Assembly: GCA_902589175.1 (NCBI GenBank)
Contig: CACIRX010000001.1
Span: 516-64,515 of the forward strand
DNA from: an uncultured Pelagibacteraceae bacterium
GTDB taxonomy: Bacteria; Pseudomonadota; Alphaproteobacteria; Pelagibacterales; AG-422-B15
Length of the DNA stretch: 64,000 bases
Direction: 5' to 3'
Positions 50,181 to 59,131 of this stretch are shown piece after piece. The position numbers and the translations under genes are program-made. How positions within the stretch are numbered: the stretch's first letter is position 1; every line of letters starts with the position of its first letter. Below the pieces are notes generated by a model. That model ran no database searches. It was not told the origin of the DNA and saw only the letters and a list, made by a program, of their open reading frames with translations.

Positions 50181-51551
50181 CTAATTTGAAAACAAACGCT
50201 CATCAAGCGGATAAGTAGAAATCGTTTCGTAACCATTATTTGTTACGACACCCTGATCCTCAAGCTTGACCATGTGGTCCCCATTAACTTCACCCACCAA
50301 AGCCTCGACACAAAGAGTCAGTCCTGGTTCCAGAACAGCGTCAAAGGCATTTTTAACCAAACGGTCTGGGTAGGCGATCAATGGCCATTCGTCACACATC
50401 CCGACACCATGCATAGGTGATGAATACTTGAGCGCCTGATACTTGTCCTGCAACACGTGCAAAGAATGAGTTAAGTCTTCCATGTGGAGGCCGGGCTTGA
50501 GAAGCCTTGTGTTATAGCGAATGTGTTCTACTGCCTCTGCATAACTCTCGCGCATATTAGCTGGCGCTAAACTATCTCCAATCCACCAGGTACGACTGAG
50601 ATCTGCACAAATCCCATAGGGGCCGATCAAATCAGTATCAAAAGCAAGAATTTCGTTCTCAGATATGATCCTTGGCCCACATTCTTGAAACCATGGGTTG
50701 GTGCGTGGCCCTGAAGTAAGCAGTCTTGTCTCAATCCACTCGCCACCTCTTTTAATATTTTCTGCATGGAGTACCGCCCAAACATCATCCTCTGTCACAC
50801 CACCTTTTGGAATTTCTGCGCGTGCAAACTCCTCCATAATTGCCATCGAGCGTTCACAAGAATAAATAGAACAGCGCATTGCTCGTAATTCGTGCTCGGT
50901 TTTGATAGCTCGTGCACGTTCTGTCACTTCCTCACCGTCACAGTACTCAAGCCCTGCTCGACGGACCGCATCTAAACCTGCAGGCTGAATTTTGTCTATA
51001 CCGACTTGTGTACAACCTGGAGCGTGAGTGGCAATTAAGTCTAGTACCTCAGCTGCGAAAGCGTCAGCTGCTGGCCCAATCCGGTCACCACGGGCGAAGT
51101 AAAACATGTCCGCACCTGAGCGGTTCTCCCGAACAAGTGGATTGTATTGGGCGAGGAATGGTGCGTTTTTATAATCCCAGAGTACCATATACCCATCAGC
51201 ACAAAGCAAGCACGCCCGGAACGGATTGTGGGTGTTCCACAACTGCATATTTGTCGTGTCAGTTGCATAACGAATATTAAGGGGATCAAACATCAATAAG
51301 CCCCCATAACCCCTGGCTACAATTGCATCAGTCAAGCGTTTGTGTCTGGCTTTGCGCATCTCAGTCAGATCTGGCAATATAAGCCCTGCATCTTGCCATT
51401 CAGCATAGGCTAATGCAGTTGGGCCAATTTCGACACGATCGCCATCATTGATTGTTCCATCGCCCAGATGCACCCCCTGGCTTGGGTCTATCTTATGATT
51501 ATCGCTGTAGTAATTATTTATATTTGGTAATATTTTACGATTTATCTTCAT
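50181..51551 (-). CDS. dddP: M24-family (creatinase/prolidase fold) protein, DddP-like dimethylsulfoniopropionate lyase; compositionally foreign
   Basis: Has pita-bread metal ligands (FDTD, CADLS, MHGVG, CVEAL, KLEDQ). Long blocks match my memory of Roseobacter DddP (FDPLNIRYATD, MQLWNTHNPFRAC, GGEWIETRLLTSGPRTNPWFQECGPR). G+C is about 50-60% against about 20-40% in the flanks. Confidence 0.7.
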   Translation of the reverse strand: MKINRKILPNINNYYSDNHKIDPSQGVHLGDGTINDGDRVEIGPTALAYAEWQDAGLILPDLTEMRKARHKRLTDAIVARGYGGLLMFDPLNIRYATDTTNMQLWNTHNPFRACLLCADGYMVLWDYKNAPFLAQYNPLVRENRSGADMFYFARGDRIGPAADAFAAEVLDLIATHAPGCTQVGIDKIQPAGLDAVRRAGLEYCDGEEVTERARAIKTEHELRAMRCSIYSCERSMAIMEEFARAEIPKGGVTEDDVWAVLHAENIKRGGEWIETRLLTSGPRTNPWFQECGPRIISENEILAFDTDLIGPYGICADLSRTWWIGDSLAPANMRESYAEAVEHIRYNTRLLKPGLHMEDLTHSLHVLQDKYQALKYSSPMHGVGMCDEWPLIAYPDRLVKNAFDAVLEPGLTLCVEALVGEVNGDHMVKLEDQGVVTNNGYETISTYPLDERLFSN

Positions 51552-51559
51552 TTTATTAA

Positions 51560-52702
51560 TTAAGGATTAATTCTATTCAAATAATTTAATCTACCTACGA
51601 TCTCATCCCTATCAATATAATATCCTTGGAGGTGTCTATTACCTGAATTGGCATCGTATTCTTTTCTGCCATGCAAGACTCTTCTGTTATTAAAGCTAAA
51701 AATATCTCCAGCTTCTAATCTGAAATTGATTTCAAACATAGGGTCATGTAGCAATGAAAGAAGTTTACGATATGCTTCATAGAAGCTATCCATAACTTCA
51801 GGACTGCAATCCATTATTCCCATATAAGCAACGCTGAACCGTATATCATTAAAATCATTGTTGTGATCTAGAGTAAATATGGGTTTATGCATTACTCTAA
51901 TTGTGTTTGCGGTGTAATCTCTATTTACAAATTTTACAGGTGTATCAAGAAGAATCTTGAAATATTCAGTAAAATTTTCTTTCATATAGCTTGCAACTTT
52001 AAATCCATCTAACGCAACTGATTCACCACCTGTTGCATCGTTTATTAAACAATGAAGGAACTGGTAGCCAGGAGCAATTTCATAATATGGTAAGTCGATG
52101 TGATTTCTTAGAGCTGCAGCTGTATATGCTGAATTATTTGGATTAGGAATGTCGATTACTTCAAATGGTGTTTTAAAAAAAGTTTCTCTATGATGACTTA
52201 TATTAGATAGAACATCAAAACCTGACTCTTTTTCAGTGGGTGCATTTTTTACAATTGAAATGCCCTTATAGTGAAGTTGTTCTAACCATTTTTTTATTCC
52301 TTCATCTCCACTAATAATTTCTTGATAATCTATTTGAATATCTTCAAAATTTGATTGCATACTATTATCCCACAAAAAATAAGGTGAACTATATTTTTTC
52401 TTACTTTTCATCGTGTAACAGTTATGTCGAAGCCATTCGACGTCATAGTGACTTATATGGCCTCCTTCACTCCACTCAATCTCCAACTGTCCTTTATCAT
52501 TTATTGTAAACGCTTTTGGGTAAATATTTTCTGAAACATTTAGCAAGTTAAAGGTTCTCTCCCTTGCAGTAGGGTGAACTTCTGATGGACAATTATCCCT
52601 TAACCATAAAAAATTAAATTTACTCTGCTCACCATCACTCCAATCAATTAGAATCGATTTACCATTCTTTTTTAATGATGATATTGATGGATTCTCGTTC
52701 AT
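51560..52702 (-). CDS. Gamma-butyrobetaine hydroxylase-like Fe(II)/2-oxoglutarate dioxygenase (DUF971 + TauD fold)
   Basis: Has an N-terminal DUF971-type domain (WLRDNCPSEVHP), a facial triad context NHID ... VLHGR, and HLQGYYIDRDE at the C-terminus. It is in an operon with carnitine dehydrogenase and BKACE. Confidence 0.7.
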   Translation of the reverse strand: MNENPSISSLKKNGKSILIDWSDGEQSKFNFLWLRDNCPSEVHPTARERTFNLLNVSENIYPKAFTINDKGQLEIEWSEGGHISHYDVEWLRHNCYTMKSKKKYSSPYFLWDNSMQSNFEDIQIDYQEIISGDEGIKKWLEQLHYKGISIVKNAPTEKESGFDVLSNISHHRETFFKTPFEVIDIPNPNNSAYTAAALRNHIDLPYYEIAPGYQFLHCLINDATGGESVALDGFKVASYMKENFTEYFKILLDTPVKFVNRDYTANTIRVMHKPIFTLDHNNDFNDIRFSVAYMGIMDCSPEVMDSFYEAYRKLLSLLHDPMFEINFRLEAGDIFSFNNRRVLHGRKEYDANSGNRHLQGYYIDRDEIVGRLNYLNRINP

Positions 52703-52705
52703 ATC

Positions 52706-53680
52706 TTATTTAAATGTATTATATTTTCTGTCCCAATTCGGAAACTTACCTTTTTGATTCTTATTTAAAGTTTTCATAATTTCAATCAAAAACAAATCTC
52801 TTTGTTTTTCTAATTCTTTAATATTGAATTTTCCTGCTTGTTTTTTTGTTCCTGAAACCATTGCTTTTTTAAGTTTGTTGGTTAATTCAGGTGCTTTCAA
52901 TTTTGTCCAAGGGAGTTTTAGTGCAGGACCAAATTGTTCCAGCATGTGTTTCATGCCAGTTTCTCCACCAGCTAAATGGAACGTTAAACAAACCCCCATA
53001 AAAGCCCATCTCAATCCAGGACCATAAACAATTGCATCATCAACTTCATCCGTTGATGCTACCCCGTCATTTATAATATGCAAGGCTTCACGCCATAACG
53101 CTTCTTGTAGTCTGTCTGAAATATATCCTTCTATTTCTTTTTGAACAATAAGTGGTCGCATTCCAATATGTTCATATAATTTTTTTAATTTTTTAACACT
53201 TATATTACTAGTTTTCTTGCCAGCTACAATCTCTACTAGAGGTAATAAGTATACAGGATTAAATGGATGACCTATTAAAACTCTCTCAGGAAATTTACAA
53301 GCCGATTGAATTTTTGATGGTAATAAGCCTGACGAACTAGATGCGATTATAACTCTCTTATCAACTAAATTATCAATTTGTTTGAGTATATTTTTTTTAA
53401 TCTTTTCGTTTTCTGGTGCATTCTCTTGAACAAAAGTTGTATCCTTCAATGCACTAGGTAATTTTGAATAGACCTTAAGATTTCTTAATGAGGCATTTCT
53501 ATTCAAACCGATTTTCTTTAAGCTTTTAAAAGCAGTTCGAACATTTATTTTTAGCTGCTCACGTGAAACACTATTAGGGTCATATGCTTTTACAGTATAA
53601 CCTTTAGCTAGAAATCTTGCAGCCCAGCCTGCGCCAATTACTCCAGTACCCACAATAGTGATGACTTTATTTTGTTTCAA
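52706..53680 (-). CDS. L-carnitine dehydrogenase (3-hydroxyacyl-CoA dehydrogenase family)
   Basis: Contains [27 protein letters not shown], a 3HCDH N+C domain pattern and about 320 aa, as in carnitine dehydrogenases. It sits beside a BKACE gene. Confidence 0.7.
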   Translation of the reverse strand: MKQNKVITIVGTGVIGAGWAARFLAKGYTVKAYDPNSVSREQLKINVRTAFKSLKKIGLNRNASLRNLKVYSKLPSALKDTTFVQENAPENEKIKKNILKQIDNLVDKRVIIASSSSGLLPSKIQSACKFPERVLIGHPFNPVYLLPLVEIVAGKKTSNISVKKLKKLYEHIGMRPLIVQKEIEGYISDRLQEALWREALHIINDGVASTDEVDDAIVYGPGLRWAFMGVCLTFHLAGGETGMKHMLEQFGPALKLPWTKLKAPELTNKLKKAMVSGTKKQAGKFNIKELEKQRDLFLIEIMKTLNKNQKGKFPNWDRKYNTFK

Positions 53681-54561
53681 ACTTTAAGCCCAAGTTTTTT
53701 TCTGGCTTCATCTGGCCCCATCACATTTGCACCAAGATTATTAATTATTGTCGTCGCTTTTTCAACAAGTTGACCGTTTGAAGCGTATACACCTTTTTCA
53801 AGATATAGGTTGTCTTCAAGACCAACTCTAACATTGCCTCCCAAAAGAACCGCTTGAGCAACCATCGGCATTTGATGAACCCCAATTCCAAAAGCTGCCC
53901 AGTTACTGCCCGATGGTAGCATGTCTACCATGTTTTTCATTGAACTGGTATTAGCCGGTGCCCCATAGGGAATGCCAAGACAAATTTGAAATAGAGGAGG
54001 GCTGTCAAGCAACCCCTCATCGTACATTTGATTTGCAAACCACATATGCCCTGTATCAAAAACTTCTAACTCCGGTTTTACGCCTAATTCTTGTATTCTT
54101 TTTGCACCAATTCTTAATTGTTCAGGAGTACTAACATAAATCATGTTGCTATCACCAAAATTAAGAGTTCCACAATCAAGGGAACATATATCTGGTAATA
54201 TTTCTTCAACGTGACTTAGTCTTTCAATCGCATTAACAAAATCAGTATTAGGTCCGAACTTTAATAGATCATCCTCAGGTCCAATTTCTATATCACCGCC
54301 CATACCACTAGTAAGATTTATTATGACATTTGTGCCACTATCTTTTATGCGGCTCACAACCTCTTTATAAAGCTCATCGTCTCTTGATCCCTTTCCTGTA
54401 TTTAAATCTCTGACATGGATATGCGCTATAGCAGCTCCAGCTGACGCTGCTTCAATTGCTGCATTAGCAATTTGCTCTGGCGTCACCGGTATGTTTGGAT
54501 GTTTATTGACTGTATCTCCTGATCCAGTAACTGCACATGAAATAATGACGTCTCTGTTCAT
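53677..54561 (-). CDS. BKACE (beta-keto acid cleavage enzyme, DUF849) family, probable 3-dehydrocarnitine cleavage enzyme
   Basis: Has a TIM-barrel BKACE pattern ([27 protein letters not shown]). Adjacency to a carnitine dehydrogenase suggests the substrate. Confidence 0.7.
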   Translation of the reverse strand: MNRDVIISCAVTGSGDTVNKHPNIPVTPEQIANAAIEAASAGAAIAHIHVRDLNTGKGSRDDELYKEVVSRIKDSGTNVIINLTSGMGGDIEIGPEDDLLKFGPNTDFVNAIERLSHVEEILPDICSLDCGTLNFGDSNMIYVSTPEQLRIGAKRIQELGVKPELEVFDTGHMWFANQMYDEGLLDSPPLFQICLGIPYGAPANTSSMKNMVDMLPSGSNWAAFGIGVHQMPMVAQAVLLGGNVRVGLEDNLYLEKGVYASNGQLVEKATTIINNLGANVMGPDEARKKLGLKV

Positions 54562-54629
54562 ATTTCCTTTACTAGCGAAAAAAAATTAATTTACAATTAC
54601 CATACTATAGTATGTAATCATCATCTGAA

Positions 54630-56054
54630 ATGCAAAATCTACAAAAATTTTATATTGATGGTCAATGGGTAGCGCCACAATCTAGTAAAAAAATGCCTGT
54701 CGTAAATCCAGCCACAGAGGAAGTTATCGGTGAAGTCATATTAGGTAATGAAGAAGATGTAAATATCGCAGTAAAAGCCGCTAAAAATGCATTTATGAGT
54801 TTTTCAAAAACTTCTAAAGAAGAGAGAATGAATATTTTGAAAAATATAAGAAAAGTTTCAGAAGAAAGATTTGATGACTTAGCTGATGCTATGACAATAG
54901 AGATGGGTGCACCAAGAAAAATGTCACGTGAAGCCCAAGCTGATGCAGCTATTGGTCATTTGGATGGTTTTATTAGTGCATTAGAAAAACATGAAGAAAA
55001 AATTGAGTTATCAAATACAGATATTTTATTAAAAGAACCAATTGGAGTATGTGGTCTAATCACTCCATGGAATTGGCCAATAAACCAAATCACATTAAAA
55101 GTTTTGCCAGTCATTGCAACCGGCTGTACTTGTATTTTAAAACCATCAGAACATACGCCATTATCAGCAATGGTTTATGCCGAAATACTAGATAAAGCTG
55201 GTGTCCCTGCAGGTGTTTTCAATTTAGTTCATGGTGATGGCGAGGGTGTGGGCATAGCTATGTCAAGACATCCAGATATTGAGATGATGTCGTTTACCGG
55301 CTCTAAAAGAGGCGGTAAGTCGGTTACAATAGAGTCTGCTGAAACTGTCAAAAAAGTTACACTTGAGCTTGGAGGTAAGTCACCGAATTTAGTTTTTGCA
55401 GATTGTGATCTTGAGGAAAAAGTAACCGCATCTGTAAATGAATGTATGTTTAACACCGGACAATCATGTGACGCTCCTACCAGATTACTGGTTGAAAAAA
55501 AATGCTACGATGAAGTCGTTACAATTGCAAAAAAGGCGGCTGAAGAAATAAAAGTTGGAGATCCACAAGAGGATGGAGATCATCTAGGACCTTTATTTGA
55601 TAAAATCCAATTTGATAGAGTTCAAAACATGATTCAGGTAGGAATAGATGAAGGCGCCGAGCTGCTTGTTGGTGGACTGGGTAAACCTGAGGGGTTAGAA
55701 AAAGGTTGGTTTACTAAACCAACTATATTCATAAATGTTAATAACAGCATGCGAGTAGCTCAAGAAGAGATTTTTGGTCCCGTACTTGTAATAATACCAT
55801 TTGAAGATGAAAAAGAAGCTATTGAAATAGCTAATGACACACCTTACGGACTTGCCGCATATTTACAAACAGGCGACACTGAAAGGGCAGAAAGAGTTTC
55901 AAAACAACTTAGAGCTGGCGGTGTACATGTAAACGGAGGCGGTTATAACTACGGCTCTCCTTTTGGCGGTTATAAAGAGTCTGGAAACGGCCGCGAAGGC
56001 GGTGATATGGGGCTTGAAGATTATCTTGAAACAAAAGCATTACATATTGCTTAA
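54630..56054 (+). CDS. NAD(P)-dependent aldehyde dehydrogenase (betaine-aldehyde/trimethylaminobutyraldehyde-type by context)
   Basis: Has the ALDH signatures ITPWNWP, TLELGGKSP, the catalytic Cys region FNTGQSCDAPTR and EEIFGPV. Confidence 0.85.
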   Translation: MQNLQKFYIDGQWVAPQSSKKMPVVNPATEEVIGEVILGNEEDVNIAVKAAKNAFMSFSKTSKEERMNILKNIRKVSEERFDDLADAMTIEMGAPRKMSREAQADAAIGHLDGFISALEKHEEKIELSNTDILLKEPIGVCGLITPWNWPINQITLKVLPVIATGCTCILKPSEHTPLSAMVYAEILDKAGVPAGVFNLVHGDGEGVGIAMSRHPDIEMMSFTGSKRGGKSVTIESAETVKKVTLELGGKSPNLVFADCDLEEKVTASVNECMFNTGQSCDAPTRLLVEKKCYDEVVTIAKKAAEEIKVGDPQEDGDHLGPLFDKIQFDRVQNMIQVGIDEGAELLVGGLGKPEGLEKGWFTKPTIFINVNNSMRVAQEEIFGPVLVIIPFEDEKEAIEIANDTPYGLAAYLQTGDTERAERVSKQLRAGGVHVNGGGYNYGSPFGGYKESGNGREGGDMGLEDYLETKALHIA

Positions 56055-56079
56055 AATTTAATTCAAAGCAGTAAAATTT

Positions 56080-58020
56080 ATGGAAAAATTACTGTGGCAA
56101 GCCTCCGAAAAAAGACGAAAACAATCGAACTTAGTCAAATACCATTCTTATCTCAAAAAAAGTTACTCAATAAATTTTGATTATGAATATGACTCCTTAT
56201 TCAACTGGAGTATAGCAAAGCCTAATTTATTCTGGACGAGTCTTTTGAGTTATTTAGATATAAGCTATAGTGGCAATGAAAACCCTGCTATTAGTAAAAG
56301 TGAAAATATTTATGACAAGAAATTTTTTCCAAACTTAAAGCTTAGCTATAGTGAAAATATCATTAATAATTTAAATTCTATTCCTATACTCTATGTAAAT
56401 GAAATTGGATTTAAAAAATATTACAGCAAAGAAGAAGTTATTCATAAAGTAAATTTAGTCGCAAAATATTTGAGATCTATCGGTGTTAAAAAAGGCGATA
56501 GAGTTGTAGGCATTGTAACTAATAATGCGGAAACATTGATTTCATTTCTTGCAGTAAATTCAATTGGTGCGGTATGGTCTTCTTGTTCACCAGATTTTGG
56601 TGAACAGGCTATATTAGATAGGTTTAGTCAAATAGAGCCCAAAATTTTATTTTATTCCAGCAGCTATATGTATGGAGGAAAGAAATTTAAAATTTTAGAA
56701 AAAATAAAAAATGTTGAGAGTAAGCTTAATACATTGGAAGTATCCATATGCATTGATTATTCTCAAAAAGACAAAAGTTTCATCGATGAAAAATTAAATT
56801 TTTTTGAAGAAAACAATAGAGAATTGAGTGAGCTCTCCTTTGAAAGATGTCAGTTTAATGACCCTATGTATATATTGTATTCCAGCGGTACAACTGGAAA
56901 ACCAAAATGTATTGTACATAATACCGGAGGTCCATTAATCCAACATTTGAAAGAACAGCAACTTCACTGTGAAATTTGTGAAAACGATAAGCTTTTCTAT
57001 TTTACTACTTGTGGATGGATGATGTGGAATTGGCTTATTTCTGGTCTTGCTTCTAAGGCAACAGTTGTTCTTTATGAGGGGTCTCCTTTTTTTCCACATC
57101 AGGACTCACTTTTTAAAGTGGCGGAAGAAGAGGAAATTACTTGCTTTGGTACAAGTGCAAAGTTTATTGATGCGCTAAGAAATAGCCAAATTCAAATTTC
57201 AAATAAATATAAACTATCAAAATTAAAAACAATTTTAAGCACTGGATCACCACTAGTTAGTGAGAGTTTTAATTATGTTTATAGCAATATTAAGCAAGAC
57301 GTGCATTTAGCCTCTATTAGTGGCGGTACTGACATTGTTTCATGTTTTGTTGGAGGAGATCCAACTGGCGCAATATTTTCAGGAGAAATTCAATGTGAAT
57401 GTTTAGGAGTTGATGTAGATATATTTAATGAAGATGGGGTTAGTACTCAGCAAAAAGGAGAACTAGTCTGCAAATCAGCAATTCCTTCAATGCCAATTGG
57501 ATTCTGGGATGATGTTAATAAAGAAAAATATATAAAATCATATTTTTCAAAATTTCCCAATATTTGGACACAAGGTGACTATGCAATCAAAACAGCAAAT
57601 AAGGGTTTCATAATCTTTGGGCGCTCCGACTCAACTCTCAATCCTGGAGGTATTAGAATTGGTACTGCAGAAATATATAGGTCTGTTGAAAAACTAGAAG
57701 ATATCAATGAATCGATTGTGGTTGGGCAAGAATGGAATGATGATGTTAGAATTATTTTATTTATAACCCTTAAAGCCAAAAGTCATCTAAATGATAAATT
57801 AGTTGCTAATATCAAGGAAAATATTAAAAATTCAACCTCCATCAGACATGTGCCCGCAAAGATTATTCAAGTTACTGATATACCAAGAACTCGGAGCGGT
57901 AAGATAGCTGAATTGACTGTAAGAGATATTATAAACGGTAAAAAAGTTAAAAATATGGAGGCTCTTGCAAATCCAGAATGTCTTACAGAATATGAAAATA
58001 TTGAAGAATTAGACTATTAA
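56080..58020 (+). CDS. Acetoacetate-CoA ligase (acetoacetyl-CoA synthetase)
   Basis: Has the AMP-binding motif YSSGTTGKPK and the characteristic AACS N-terminus (LWQASE...NLVKY...FNWS) over 646 aa. Confidence 0.8.
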   Translation: MEKLLWQASEKRRKQSNLVKYHSYLKKSYSINFDYEYDSLFNWSIAKPNLFWTSLLSYLDISYSGNENPAISKSENIYDKKFFPNLKLSYSENIINNLNSIPILYVNEIGFKKYYSKEEVIHKVNLVAKYLRSIGVKKGDRVVGIVTNNAETLISFLAVNSIGAVWSSCSPDFGEQAILDRFSQIEPKILFYSSSYMYGGKKFKILEKIKNVESKLNTLEVSICIDYSQKDKSFIDEKLNFFEENNRELSELSFERCQFNDPMYILYSSGTTGKPKCIVHNTGGPLIQHLKEQQLHCEICENDKLFYFTTCGWMMWNWLISGLASKATVVLYEGSPFFPHQDSLFKVAEEEEITCFGTSAKFIDALRNSQIQISNKYKLSKLKTILSTGSPLVSESFNYVYSNIKQDVHLASISGGTDIVSCFVGGDPTGAIFSGEIQCECLGVDVDIFNEDGVSTQQKGELVCKSAIPSMPIGFWDDVNKEKYIKSYFSKFPNIWTQGDYAIKTANKGFIIFGRSDSTLNPGGIRIGTAEIYRSVEKLEDINESIVVGQEWNDDVRIILFITLKAKSHLNDKLVANIKENIKNSTSIRHVPAKIIQVTDIPRTRSGKIAELTVRDIINGKKVKNMEALANPECLTEYENIEELDY

Positions 58021-58036
58021 TCATATATTTTCAAAT

Positions 58037-59131
58037 ATGAAGCTAGATTTTGACTCAAAAGAATTAAGAGTATTTGATAATGAGGAAATTTTTAAAATAC
58101 ATCCCTTGTGGATACGGGAACGATCAACTGAAAAAGGAGAAGTTGATCAAAATTCTTTTCAAAGATTATATGATCCTGAAAAGATTAAACCAGATTTGCA
58201 AATAAAGAATGCTAAGCTACTAGCAGACAACAAAATGCAAGTAGAATTTTCTGATAACCATAGTGCAACTTATTGTTTAGATAAATTAATAACAGAAATT
58301 ACAAGATCAAATGTCCTACCACCAAAGATTTACTGGGATAAAAATGATGCTGAGTTAAAAAAATTTAGTTTTGCCTATGGAGCAAACGAAAGTCAGCAAT
58401 TGTTTGAAATTTTAAAATTTTATCATCAGTATGGTTACGTTGTAGTCGAAGATTTGCCAGCTAAGGACGGAGAAGTTATAAAATTTGCTGAAAAAATTGG
58501 GTTTATTCGAGAAACTAATTTTGGAAAGCTATTTAATGTGAGATCACAAAAACAACCTAATGATTTGGCTTATACATCCATCGAATTAGAGTCGCATACT
58601 GATAATCCCTACAGAAAACCAGTACCATCAATTCAATTTTTATTTTGTATTGAAAACAGTTGCAAAGGTGGAGACTCCACAGTTGTAGATGGTTTCAAAG
58701 TTGCAGAGGATCTAAAAAAAGAAAATCCACAAGCTTTTAATATCCTAGTAAATACATTAATAAATTATAAATTTGAAGATAATGATGCTATTTTAGAAAA
58801 AACTGGAAAAATTATAAAATTAAGCGCTAGAGGAGAACTCAAACAAATAAAATATAGTAATAGATTAGACTTTGTATTTTACGATGAGCCAAAGGTTTTA
58901 GAAGAATTTTATGCTGCTAAAAGAGTTATGCATCAAATGATCAATTCAGATAAATATATATTACAATTTCATTTAGAGCCTGGTAACTTATTAATTATGA
59001 ATAATTACAGAACTTTACATGGAAGACGAAGCTACAATACATCTGAAGGAAGTCGGTGGCTTCAAGGGCTGTATATTGACCATGACTCTGCCGAAAGTAA
59101 ATATAAACTCCTCTCCAAGGAAGTAGAATGA
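58037..59131 (+). CDS. Second gamma-butyrobetaine-hydroxylase-like Fe(II)/2OG dioxygenase; TmpA-like candidate
   Basis: Has DUF971-like and TauD folds and the triad SHTD ... TLHGRR. It shows close BBOX-like blocks (KGGDSTVVDGFKVAEDLKKENPQAFNIL). It is coupled by an ATGA overlap to an HD-domain gene. Confidence 0.65.
   Translation: MKLDFDSKELRVFDNEEIFKIHPLWIRERSTEKGEVDQNSFQRLYDPEKIKPDLQIKNAKLLADNKMQVEFSDNHSATYCLDKLITEITRSNVLPPKIYWDKNDAELKKFSFAYGANESQQLFEILKFYHQYGYVVVEDLPAKDGEVIKFAEKIGFIRETNFGKLFNVRSQKQPNDLAYTSIELESHTDNPYRKPVPSIQFLFCIENSCKGGDSTVVDGFKVAEDLKKENPQAFNILVNTLINYKFEDNDAILEKTGKIIKLSARGELKQIKYSNRLDFVFYDEPKVLEEFYAAKRVMHQMINSDKYILQFHLEPGNLLIMNNYRTLHGRRSYNTSEGSRWLQGLYIDHDSAESKYKLLSKEVE

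Noticed and set aside
50912-51289. Two overlapping ORFs (122 aa plus strand, 82 aa minus strand alternative frame) inside the DddP-like gene
   Set aside because: They are explained by the locally high G+C, which lowers stop-codon density in all frames. The 456-aa M24 frame carries all recognisable motifs.
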